DNA of 57,915 nucleotides from a virus. Taxonomy: Duplodnaviria > Caudoviricetes. A model generated the notes under the pieces. The model made no database searches. It saw nothing but the letters and a program-made list of their open reading frames with translations, and was not told the DNA's origin. The DNA lies in IMG/VR virus record IMGVR_UViG_3300042480_000777, positions 1 to 57,915 of that record, one strand, 5' to 3'. Below, piece by piece: positions 16,350 to 24,707 of this stretch. Position 1 is the first letter of the stretch. Each line of letters opens with the position of its first letter. The translations under genes and the position numbers were made by a program.

Positions 16350-18718
16350 CACAGCTTGTACAGTGACCATGAGATTAGAGGGACCCTGAATGACGTGAAA
16401 GAGCCCGACACCAGCTTGATCTTGTAGTCGAACTTGAGCACCACACGAAAGTCGTTGGGGAACGATCCGCTGTTGGAGTACGTGCGGTAGATCGAAGCCT
16501 GGCCCACAAGCATGAGCTGGAATGTGGACCCATTGGCCCCAGACCATTCGCGAAATTGTGACCCGGTGAAGCTGCAGGCAACGTAATACGGCTGGTTTGC
16601 CGTCGCGCTCAGAATGTCGTAGTTGTAGATGTTGGTTTCGACGGTCTCATAGATGGACCCGGTGAAGATCGTGCCAACCGCGAATGGTGTGAAGTATGAG
16701 CCGCCCTTGGAGTCGTAGCCGCCGTACCCTCCAGCGATGACGGAGGTTGAGTCAAGAGCTCCAGACTCCAGAACCTTTCTGCGCCGAATGTCGATCAAGT
16801 CCGCAACAACTTCCCCGGTGCTGCTGACGGTGAACTTGTCGGAGATGTTCAGCGTGCCGCCGGATGAGTCGTACTGAAGGAACATCCCGGAGAAGTAGTT
16901 CCCGAGAAGAAGTCCTGAAGGGCCGATGTAGAAGCCGTGCCCGTTGACCCACGAGTAGCCCGTGTACGCCCCGCCAACAAGCGACCCCCGCAGGACGGCG
17001 TCCTGAAAGACGGCTTTGCCGCCCTTGCCAATGGCCCAGCCGGAGGTCCCGCTTGAGCTGATTACGCCGCCTGCGCCAATGACTCCATTGAAGTTTGAAG
17101 ACTGAATGAAGTCGCCGATGTAGGCATTGCCAATCGCTCCGGCGGCGATGTACGTGCTGACGTTGCCGGTATTGATCTGGTTGATGGTGGCAAAGCCGCC
17201 CAGGCCGGTCACCTGGCCGGTCGCGACCGTGTTCTGCGTTGCGAGTGCGCCGAGGCCCGTGACCGCCGTCGACGGCACGCCCCCAGAAGACAGGAGGACG
17301 CTGTCGTTGGCGCCGTAGACGGTGATGTTGCGGAAGGTGCCGGAGGTCGCGTTGATGTTGCCGGTAACATTCAGCGCGATGCCGTTCCAGTTCATGTTCT
17401 GCGTGGGCGATCCCACGTAGAACTTGTACGCTCCGGCGTCGGCGCCCAGGAAGAATCCGGTGCCGAAGTTGGCCGACGCAAAGGGCTGCAGCAGCTGGCC
17501 GAAGGTGCCGTTCGCGGTGTCGCTGCTGACGGCCACGCCGCCCCAGAGCTTGCCGGTGGTCAGGCCGAGCGCGGCGCTCACGGAGCCGGCGGTGATCTTG
17601 TCGGCAGTCAGACTGCCGATCTGTGCGCTGGCGATCGTGGCATTGGCGATGAACGCGGTGTCGATCCATGTGCCCGCCGGGTAGACCTTGCCGTTGATCG
17701 TGGTCTGCGTGGTGGTGACAACGAACGGCTGTCGAGACGGGCTGAGCGTGCCCAGCGGGTCATTCGTGTCGTTGGCGCCGGCGATCGCGAAGCGGTCGGC
17801 GCGCACAATGAACGCCGACGTGGGCGCTCCGTTGGCCAAGGTGCTCGCAAGGCCGAAGCCGGAGACGTGCCCGTTGACGTCGACCTTGACGCTGTACTGG
17901 GCCTCGAGGCCTGTGACCTTGCCTGCGGTGGCGCTGCTTTCGACCTTGACGGCAGAGTAGTCGCCAGTGTCCAGGCGGGCCTGCACTTGAGAGACCGACA
18001 ACGCAATGGCGTCATCGGCATCCGAGCGAGCAATCGATTCGGCAAGAATCCTGCTGGAGACGCTGTTCGTCAGCGTTGCCGGCCCATCGATCAGGTCGAT
18101 GCGGGCGCCAAGCGAGGAGTACAGCTGGGTTTCCGTGATCTGGCCGGAGAGGGTCTCGAGCATGTAGTCCACGGCGAGCGGCGTGGTCGCACTGACGCCG
18201 CCGGACTGGCTGTATGGGCCGGCAACGTCGGCGCTCGAGACAAACCGAATCCAGTAGTGGTGCGTGGTGCCCGGAGAGACCGAGTCCGCATAGACATTGC
18301 TGAGGGTGGTTCCGATCCTGGCCGCATCCCCGAGGGACGCGGACTCAGCCCTCCAGATCTCGGTGTACGAGTGGTTGCGGTACGGCGCGCCATCCCACGA
18401 GAGGTAGACGCTGCTGAGCCCAGCGCTGGCGGACAGGCCGGTGGGCGCGGGAGGGGGGGTGTAGTCCCTGGTGGGGTCGTAGCCATCGACGTTCGTCGGC
18501 ACCGTGACTGGAACCCTTGCTCCGCTGGTGAGGGCCGATGTGCCGCTCGCGCTGAGGGCGCCGATGTCGACGAGATCGCGAAGCGTGACGAGCTGGTCCA
18601 GCGCGTCGCCAACGCGACCCTCGCGCACGTCGAGGGTCGACTTGATGGCCAGGACGACATCCTTGAGGTTGTCGCCCCGAATGTCCGGGATGGCCGGAAC
18701 CAGGGTCTCTCGATTCAT
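16349..18718 (-). CDS. Tail tip/fibre protein (FN3 plus DUF1983/J-like region)
   Basis: PPAPTGLSA..LSWD..YWIRFV (FN3); QYSVKVDVNGHVSGFGL..FIVRADRFAI; AFIANATIASAQIGSLTADKI. Confidence 0.85.
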   Translation of the reverse strand: MNRETLVPAIPDIRGDNLKDVVLAIKSTLDVREGRVGDALDQLVTLRDLVDIGALSASGTSALTSGARVPVTVPTNVDGYDPTRDYTPPPAPTGLSASAGLSSVYLSWDGAPYRNHSYTEIWRAESASLGDAARIGTTLSNVYADSVSPGTTHHYWIRFVSSADVAGPYSQSGGVSATTPLAVDYMLETLSGQITETQLYSSLGARIDLIDGPATLTNSVSSRILAESIARSDADDAIALSVSQVQARLDTGDYSAVKVESSATAGKVTGLEAQYSVKVDVNGHVSGFGLASTLANGAPTSAFIVRADRFAIAGANDTNDPLGTLSPSRQPFVVTTTQTTINGKVYPAGTWIDTAFIANATIASAQIGSLTADKITAGSVSAALGLTTGKLWGGVAVSSDTANGTFGQLLQPFASANFGTGFFLGADAGAYKFYVGSPTQNMNWNGIALNVTGNINATSGTFRNITVYGANDSVLLSSGGVPSTAVTGLGALATQNTVATGQVTGLGGFATINQINTGNVSTYIAAGAIGNAYIGDFIQSSNFNGVIGAGGVISSSGTSGWAIGKGGKAVFQDAVLRGSLVGGAYTGYSWVNGHGFYIGPSGLLLGNYFSGMFLQYDSSGGTLNISDKFTVSSTGEVVADLIDIRRRKVLESGALDSTSVIAGGYGGYDSKGGSYFTPFAVGTIFTGSIYETVETNIYNYDILSATANQPYYVACSFTGSQFREWSGANGSTFQLMLVGQASIYRTYSNSGSFPNDFRVVLKFDYKIKLVSGSFTSFRVPLISWSLYKL

Positions 18719-20319
18719 GTCGCCTTGAGCTCCGCCGCGCTGGTGGCAAGGTTGACCTCAGATACCTCCACGGACGCCTCGACCTCGATTTCCCAGTCTC
18801 GGGCGCGGAAACCGCCGGGCAGCGTGAAGTGCTGGTCGCCTGTGACGACCTGTGAGGCCCTGAGCTGGCCGTTGGCATACACCCGAATGGTCACCGGGTA
18901 GCTTGCCGCGATCACCTGCCCCACGGCCATGCTCTGGGCCCACGGCAGGCGGAACAGCTTGCTGCGCCAGGTGGCCGTCAGCGGGCTGCCCCGATCGAAG
19001 CGCGCAATGCTGTTGCCCTGCGCCACGTACAGCGTGTCGGTGGACGGGTCGTAGTACCCACCAGAGAACGCCGAGGCGGCATTCAGGTTGGAGGTCGTGA
19101 GGACGGCACCCTGGCCGGTCAGATCGAGGACCAGCATACCGCTGGCGTGGACGATGTGGACGCGACCGTTGTAGAGGTAGGCGTCCATGGACGCAGGCGT
19201 GTAGGCCTGCCACTGCTCGCGAGAGAACAGGCTCTTGGTGATGACGTCCACGCCGGAGCCAAGCGAGACGTAGCCATCGGGCGAGGCATAGAGCACGCCG
19301 TCGCCGGTCTCGATGATCGAGCGCTTGGACGAGCACGCCTGCGGCACCTCGAGCCTGGTGGGCGTCATTGCGGCCGGGTCCGCGCCCTGCAGCAGGAAGG
19401 GGTAGGCGGTGGTGAGCACGGCAACGGTCTGGCCGTAGGTGGCGATGCCCACGATGTCGAAGTCGATGGTGTACTTGTGAGGCCAAGCGTGTGGCAGGTT
19501 GGGCTCACTGAAGTACACCGTGCGCCCAGCAAAGCCGACGGCGGCCCCGTTGGCCATCGCGCGCAGGCCCTTGAGGCCGGCCGGGGGCGCCTCCCAACCT
19601 TCGCTGGGTAGCAACTCGCCCAGGTTCGCCTGAGCCACGGTGTCGATGTAGCTGGACTGAGCCACGGGCACTTCGGCCACGTACTGAAACTGCGCCGTGT
19701 TGCCGACGGTGGACGAGCGGTAGATGCGCTTGAGGGTGATGTTGTAGTTGCCCGACGGTGCCGACGGCATCGACACCGTGACCGCGGCGCCCGGATCGAG
19801 CGCGACCACAGGGGATGGACCAGACGGCGGCCCCTCCTCGCCGTACGCGGAGACGTAGGTGATGACGTACGTGCGGCTTTCCGGCGTCACGCCAGTGCCT
19901 GCGGTGCCGTGCCCGGTGATCGCTGGCGCGGACGGCGCCGGCAGCCCAAGCTGGTAGTGGGCGCCGGGGTAGGTGCTGCCGGAGATGATGAGCGAGTTCG
20001 GCGCGTACCTCGGGGACGAAAGCCCGTCGGCCCAGTACAACCTGTCCCACTGGTCGTCGGGGATCGGCGAGCGCATGACGTCCGTGTCGTTGCCGAACTC
20101 CAGCCAGTAGTTGGCCTCGTTCGCCCCGGTGCCGTAGCGGTAGATGGTCTTGGGAGAGATCAGGGTTGCCGGCTTGAGGATCGTCGTCGCGCGCAGCGGC
20201 TCGAGCGACCCAGAGATCAGCTTCACGTTCTGCGCGACCTGCGCGTCGCTGTCGGCGAGGCGGTGCGGCTTGATGACCGGCTTCAGGCCATTGAAGGCCT
20301 TGACGGAGAGAAGCGTCAT
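18715..20319 (-). CDS. Tail tubular/nozzle (stabilization) protein
   Basis: 534 aa; YVITYVSAYGEEGPPS, YFSEPNLPHAWP, WRSKLF motifs typical of podovirus tail proteins. Confidence 0.75.
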   Translation of the reverse strand: MTLLSVKAFNGLKPVIKPHRLADSDAQVAQNVKLISGSLEPLRATTILKPATLISPKTIYRYGTGANEANYWLEFGNDTDVMRSPIPDDQWDRLYWADGLSSPRYAPNSLIISGSTYPGAHYQLGLPAPSAPAITGHGTAGTGVTPESRTYVITYVSAYGEEGPPSGPSPVVALDPGAAVTVSMPSAPSGNYNITLKRIYRSSTVGNTAQFQYVAEVPVAQSSYIDTVAQANLGELLPSEGWEAPPAGLKGLRAMANGAAVGFAGRTVYFSEPNLPHAWPHKYTIDFDIVGIATYGQTVAVLTTAYPFLLQGADPAAMTPTRLEVPQACSSKRSIIETGDGVLYASPDGYVSLGSGVDVITKSLFSREQWQAYTPASMDAYLYNGRVHIVHASGMLVLDLTGQGAVLTTSNLNAASAFSGGYYDPSTDTLYVAQGNSIARFDRGSPLTATWRSKLFRLPWAQSMAVGQVIAASYPVTIRVYANGQLRASQVVTGDQHFTLPGGFRARDWEIEVEASVEVSEVNLATSAAELKAT

Positions 20320-20340
20320 TGCGGACCTTGGGTGGTGGGT

Positions 20341-21288
20341 TCAGAGCACGCGCTGACCACGGAAGTAGGCGTGGCCGGCAATGACCTCGCACAGCTCCGG
20401 CGGCAGCAGGCGGCCGCTCTCGAACGTCAGCACAGCGAAGCCGCTGCACCACGGCGTCGGGTTGCCCTCGAGGTAGGTGTACTGGTCGCCGCCCGGGTCG
20501 GACAGCGTGCCGGTGTCGACCCCGTAGCGGCGGCCGCGGTAGTCGCCCCAGGGTGTGATGCACAGGCGGTGCAGGTGCCCGGTGACGATCGAGGTCCCGG
20601 ACTTGAGCGTGTTGTTGTAGGCGGCATGGATGCCGTTGTGGTAGCGGTGCTTGACCATCACGTCGCTGTTGACCATCAGCGACCAGCCGTGCTCCCAGCC
20701 GCGGAAGTAGTCCCACAGCGTCAAGCCCGGCATGTTGGAGAGCTCGGGCGCGTTGACCGCGATGTAGCGGTGCAGCCGCGAGTCGTGGTTGCCAATGGTC
20801 CAGAAGCGCTCCGCGCCCTTGCTGGCCTTCTCGACCTCCGCCATGCGCTCGCGCACAGCGTCGAGCTCATTCTGCGCGGACGGCAGGCTCATGGAGCCGG
20901 TGTACATCGGCTCGTGACGGCTGATGCGCGCGCCGTCGTAGATGTCGCCGTTGGCGATCACCGTCTTGGGCTTGAGCGACTTGCACAGCTCGAGCAGGGC
21001 AAGGTGGGCCGTGGTCGGCTCGCCGGGCCAGTAGTGGGCGTCACTGAACACGATGGCCACTCCGTTGGCCAGCGAGGTCTCCAGGCGGTGACGGTTAGCG
21101 GGCACTACCGTGCTGGTAGCGCGCGGGTCGCGCCAGGCCACCAAGTTCACGCCGTAGCGGTTCTCGATGTATCGGCGTCGGGCGTGCACGTTGCGCACAT
21201 GGACACCGAGCTCAATGGCAACCGCCTGTGGACTGCCGTGCTTCTTGAAGCACTCCATGAACTCGACGTCGGTGGTGGCTGGCTTCAT
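20341..21288 (-). CDS. Calcineurin-like metallophosphoesterase with N-terminal HTH-like segment
   Basis: SDAH, NGDIYD, GNHD, H, GHLH motifs in the canonical order. Confidence 0.88.
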   Translation of the reverse strand: MKPATTDVEFMECFKKHGSPQAVAIELGVHVRNVHARRRYIENRYGVNLVAWRDPRATSTVVPANRHRLETSLANGVAIVFSDAHYWPGEPTTAHLALLELCKSLKPKTVIANGDIYDGARISRHEPMYTGSMSLPSAQNELDAVRERMAEVEKASKGAERFWTIGNHDSRLHRYIAVNAPELSNMPGLTLWDYFRGWEHGWSLMVNSDVMVKHRYHNGIHAAYNNTLKSGTSIVTGHLHRLCITPWGDYRGRRYGVDTGTLSDPGGDQYTYLEGNPTPWCSGFAVLTFESGRLLPPELCEVIAGHAYFRGQRVL

Positions 21289-21324
21289 GTGCTGCTTTCT
21301 GCCGGCACTTCTTGCCGACCAGTC

Positions 21325-21350
21325 AAGAAAAAGCCCGCCGAAGCGGGCTT
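21325..21350 (-). terminator. Rho-independent terminator
   Basis: AAGCCCGC-TTCG-GCGGGCTT followed by TTTCTT on the minus strand. Confidence 0.85.
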
Positions 21351-21366
21351 GGTGCGAGGGGCGCCC

Positions 21367-21561
21367 TCAGGCTCCTGGGCTGGCCGGCTCTGCGGCCTTC
21401 TGCTCGGCGGCCTGGACCACCGGCTCGGCGGCGGCCTGCAGCTGCTGGCCCACCTGGTTGCGCACCAGGTTCTGGATGCGCGCGGCGTTGTCCTGGACTC
21501 GGGCTAGGCCCTCGAGGACGGTGTTCACTTCGTGAACTTCGAGAACGACTTGAACGGTCAT
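21367..21561 (-). CDS. Small coiled-coil protein (64 aa)
   Basis: AAGGAG RBS; MTVQVVLEVHEVNTVLEGLARVQ... Confidence 0.7.
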   Translation of the reverse strand: MTVQVVLEVHEVNTVLEGLARVQDNAARIQNLVRNQVGQQLQAAAEPVVQAAEQKAAEPASPGA

Positions 21562-21608
21562 TTCACGGGCACTCCTTCTGGGTTGAGTGAAAACGACAGG
21601 GAGCACCC

Positions 21609-21646
21609 ATTGTAGCGGCCGCGGCCGCGCGCGCAACCAAATGTTG
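21609..21646 (-). promoter_or_regulatory. Sigma70-like promoter overlapped by a palindromic site
   Basis: TTGCGC-16nt-TACAAT; CAACCAAATGTTG at 21634-21646. Confidence 0.55.
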
Positions 21647-21664
21647 TCGGGTTAACAGGGGCGA

Positions 21665-21997
21665 CTAGAGTTGCGACGGCTTGCGGAAAGCCGCGGCCGG
21701 CACAACGATGTGATCGCCGTCCAGGAAGGCGATGCTGACCCCCTCGGCGCGCACCAGCCAGCACCCGGGAATACGCTGCTTGTCATCGGCGTAGACAGCG
21801 AGCCGCGCTTCGCCCAAGCAGTGCCCCGCCTGATCGTGCAGCTCGAGGCGATGCTGGCCCTGCTGCGCAACGGCGACGACGGCCGCGTGCGCGGCGCTTG
21901 CGAGCAGCAGCGCGGCGGCAACGAGGCCGATGGTTCCTATGGCGCCTTTCTTGGTGCCCCGCTCCAGAAGGGCCTCGATCTGTTGCTCGTCCATCAT
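21665..21997 (-). CDS. Hypothetical exported/membrane protein
   Basis: 110 aa, hydrophobic signal-like stretch, two Cys; AGGAG RBS. Confidence 0.65.
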   Translation of the reverse strand: MMDEQQIEALLERGTKKGAIGTIGLVAAALLLASAAHAAVVAVAQQGQHRLELHDQAGHCLGEARLAVYADDKQRIPGCWLVRAEGVSIAFLDGDHIVVPAAAFRKPSQL

Positions 21998-22057
21998 GTG
22001 CTCCTGTGTTGCTGGTGGCGTCCTTGTCGCCGTAGGGTGATTGTTGACCGATGACGG

Positions 22058-22261
22058 CTACTTCGCCGCAAGCGGCTGGGTCGTGATGGCCCGCAGCACC
22101 ACGATGGCAGCAGCAATCGCGCTGCCAACCGCCGCCTGGCCCCAGGGGGGAATAGGGAGGTGCAGGACGAAGCCCTGAAGGACGGACAGCACCGCCAGGA
22201 TGATCGCAAACCAGACGGTGCGCGAGCGCAGGGCGGCGGCGATGAGTTGGGTGGTGGTCAT
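22058..22261 (-). CDS. Holin-like two-TM protein
   Basis: MTTTQLIAAALRSRTVWFAIILAVL...VVLRAITTQPLAAK. Confidence 0.7.
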   Translation of the reverse strand: MTTTQLIAAALRSRTVWFAIILAVLSVLQGFVLHLPIPPWGQAAVGSAIAAAIVVLRAITTQPLAAK

Positions 22262-22269
22262 GCTTGAAT

Positions 22270-22722
22270 CTATGCAGTGGGCTCTTGAGGCCACGAGACG
22301 TTGAACGGAAAACCGGGCTGCGACGTAACGTCTCGAAGCGCCTGCCGGTATGCGGCCCACGCCGCCTTGTTCACTGGGGCATCGGCGACCTGGGTCCAGT
22401 CGCAGGCAGTAAGCATTTCATTTCGCGTCTGGCGAACATCCGACGACATAGAATCCAAGCGAGTCGAGACCTCTTGCGCGCTCAGAGGCTCAATCAACCA
22501 AGAGCAGACCCATCCCGAGCCCACCTTCACGGGCTGCGCTTGAGAGAGCTTCTGCGTTAGTGAGTTGTAAAAAGGCGGAGCGGAGGAAGAGACGTAAACG
22601 TACCCATCCGGTAGCGCGGCGTCATTTGACAAATCCTCCGGCAAGCTCGCGCCTGATAGGCGCTGACGAAGATTCACAATCGGGTACTCGACCACTTGGC
22701 CGTTTTTAATTCTGGCGTGCAT
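22270..22722 (-). CDS. Tail fibre assembly chaperone
   Basis: VRQTRNEMLTACDWTQVADAP..WAAYRQALRDVTSQPGFPFNVSWP; GAGG RBS. Confidence 0.88.
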   Translation of the reverse strand: MHARIKNGQVVEYPIVNLRQRLSGASLPEDLSNDAALPDGYVYVSSSAPPFYNSLTQKLSQAQPVKVGSGWVCSWLIEPLSAQEVSTRLDSMSSDVRQTRNEMLTACDWTQVADAPVNKAAWAAYRQALRDVTSQPGFPFNVSWPQEPTA

Positions 22723-22730
22723 TTTTAACC

Positions 22731-24707
22731 TCAGTTTACTGCAAGAGCACCACGAAAACCAATTGCCAACACTTCGGAGCCGGCGCCTCTTGCGAGAATG
22801 GACACGGGGATCGTTACACCCCACGAAGACAAATTGCGAAGACTGTTGTTAAGCGTCCATGTAACGCCGTCTGGGCTGGTTGCAATATGGGCGCCATTGC
22901 CGCCGATCACGAACTCTGAACCCGTCCATACGACTGCACTAACGCTGCTCGCAGAAGTCCATCCCGCAAAGACTAGACTGGACGACCTGTCTGTCCATGT
23001 AACGCCGTCTGGGCTGGTGGCTACGCGATTGCTGCTGCCTACAGCACAGAATTGGGAGCCATTCCAGGCAATAGCGTTTACTTGCGCTGTCGTGCCCCAC
23101 GACGTGGATCGCAGGCCGCCCTGGTATGTCCAGGTGATGCCATCTGAGCTAGTGGCAATTCTGCCAGCGGCGCCTCCAACGCAATACTGCGACCCGCTCC
23201 ACGCAATAGACGTCACAGCGGAGGACGTTCCCCACGTTGTTGAACGAAGCGAGGCGCGAACAGTCCAGTTGACGCCGTCCGGGCTGGTGGCGACATATCC
23301 AAAGTTTGCGCCGACAAGGAACTGTGAGCCGTTCCACAAAATTGCGTTTGTGGTGCCTATTCCGCCAGACGACAAAGAAGATGACAAAGACCAATTTATT
23401 CCGTCTGCACTTGTGGCGCTAAGGCCAGAGTTGGATATCGCACAAAATACAGAGGCGCCATAAACCACTCCCCTGGCGGAAAAAAGACCAGACGCCAACA
23501 ATCCAGAGCGATAGGTCCAGTTGATTCCGTCTGGACTCGTTGCCGCTCTAGCAAATCCACCAGCGCCCGAGCCGCCGACTGCACAAAATTGAGACCCACT
23601 CCAAGCTACTCGGGGGATCGAGGTGCCTGTTCCGAAGACAGATTGCGCTTTAGAAAGTCCGTCCCGGTACGTCCATGTTGAGCCATCTGGACTTGTGGCA
23701 ACCGCACCGTTGCTGCCCGCTATGCAAAACTGACCCCCGGCGTAGACAATGCAAAGCGCCGATCCAGCAGAGCCAAATGCTGAGTCCCACCCCGACGGGG
23801 TAGTTACAAATGTCCATGTAACGCCATCTGGGCTGGTAGCAGCGCAACCATTGGAGCCCGTGACGCAAAACAACGACCCACCCCAGGTGATTGCGTTGCA
23901 TGCCCGTCCAGCCCAAGATGTCGAGCCTAAACCAGACTGAAATGTCCAAGTTATTCCATCTGAGCTGGTGGCAACGCTTGCGGCTATACCATTGCTACCA
24001 ACGACGCACAAAACCGAGCCGCTCCAGGCAAGACTAGAACAATTCAGCGTCCCCCAAGCCGTGGAGCTTAGGCCCGACCTGTATGTCCATGTAATACCGT
24101 CTGGGCTTGTGGCAACAGCACCAGAAAGACCTACCACGCAAAACTGAGAGCCCGTCCAGACAATGCCTGCGGCAGATGTCGTCCCCCAAGCTGTAGAGCT
24201 AAGGCCCGACCTGTATGTCCACGCAAGCCCATCAGGGCTAGTGGCGACGCCTCCACTGGAGCCAACAACACAAAATACAGAGCCATTCCATGCGATAGAT
24301 GTGCCGATTTTTGCGCCCCACGAAGTCGCGGATAGGTTGAAGTTTGGCGACCAATTTTGTCCGTTTAAGCTGGTTGCACAAGCCCCTGATTGACCAACTG
24401 CACAAAAACGCGTTCCATTCCAGGCAATGCCATAAATAGGCTCCTCTTGCGCGGAAAAGACGTAGTTCACGGAGCTGGATAGGCCTGCCTGAAATGTCCA
24501 CGTCACCCCGTCTGAGCTTGTGGCGCATCTGCCCGACTCTCCAACAATGCAGTATTTTCCATCCCCATAAGCGACGGCGTTGGCTTGGTAAAAGCCAAAC
24601 TCAGATAGGCGCTTAGAAAGCCCATCCCGGTAGGTCCAAGGAGACGTCGAAGGCGGCGGAGGTAGCGCAGACGGCGTAACCGCCATCAAAATACTTCTGG
24701 CGCTCAC
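22731..24707 (-). CDS. Asp-box/BNR-type beta-propeller repeat protein, probable receptor-binding protein
   Basis: About 13 repeats of W-G/N-GS-FCVVG..ATSPDG-TWT; GTGA overlap with the upstream fibre gene; more A/T-ending codons than its neighbours. Confidence 0.8.
   Translation of the reverse strand: MSARSILMAVTPSALPPPPSTSPWTYRDGLSKRLSEFGFYQANAVAYGDGKYCIVGESGRCATSSDGVTWTFQAGLSSSVNYVFSAQEEPIYGIAWNGTRFCAVGQSGACATSLNGQNWSPNFNLSATSWGAKIGTSIAWNGSVFCVVGSSGGVATSPDGLAWTYRSGLSSTAWGTTSAAGIVWTGSQFCVVGLSGAVATSPDGITWTYRSGLSSTAWGTLNCSSLAWSGSVLCVVGSNGIAASVATSSDGITWTFQSGLGSTSWAGRACNAITWGGSLFCVTGSNGCAATSPDGVTWTFVTTPSGWDSAFGSAGSALCIVYAGGQFCIAGSNGAVATSPDGSTWTYRDGLSKAQSVFGTGTSIPRVAWSGSQFCAVGGSGAGGFARAATSPDGINWTYRSGLLASGLFSARGVVYGASVFCAISNSGLSATSADGINWSLSSSLSSGGIGTTNAILWNGSQFLVGANFGYVATSPDGVNWTVRASLRSTTWGTSSAVTSIAWSGSQYCVGGAAGRIATSSDGITWTYQGGLRSTSWGTTAQVNAIAWNGSQFCAVGSSNRVATSPDGVTWTDRSSSLVFAGWTSASSVSAVVWTGSEFVIGGNGAHIATSPDGVTWTLNNSLRNLSSWGVTIPVSILARGAGSEVLAIGFRGALAVN

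Noticed and set aside
22731-24707. Approximately 147-bp periodic DNA repeats as a non-coding array or DGR template/variable repeats
   Set aside because: They are in-frame protein repeats; there is no reverse transcriptase in the window and I saw no adenine-specific mismatch pattern
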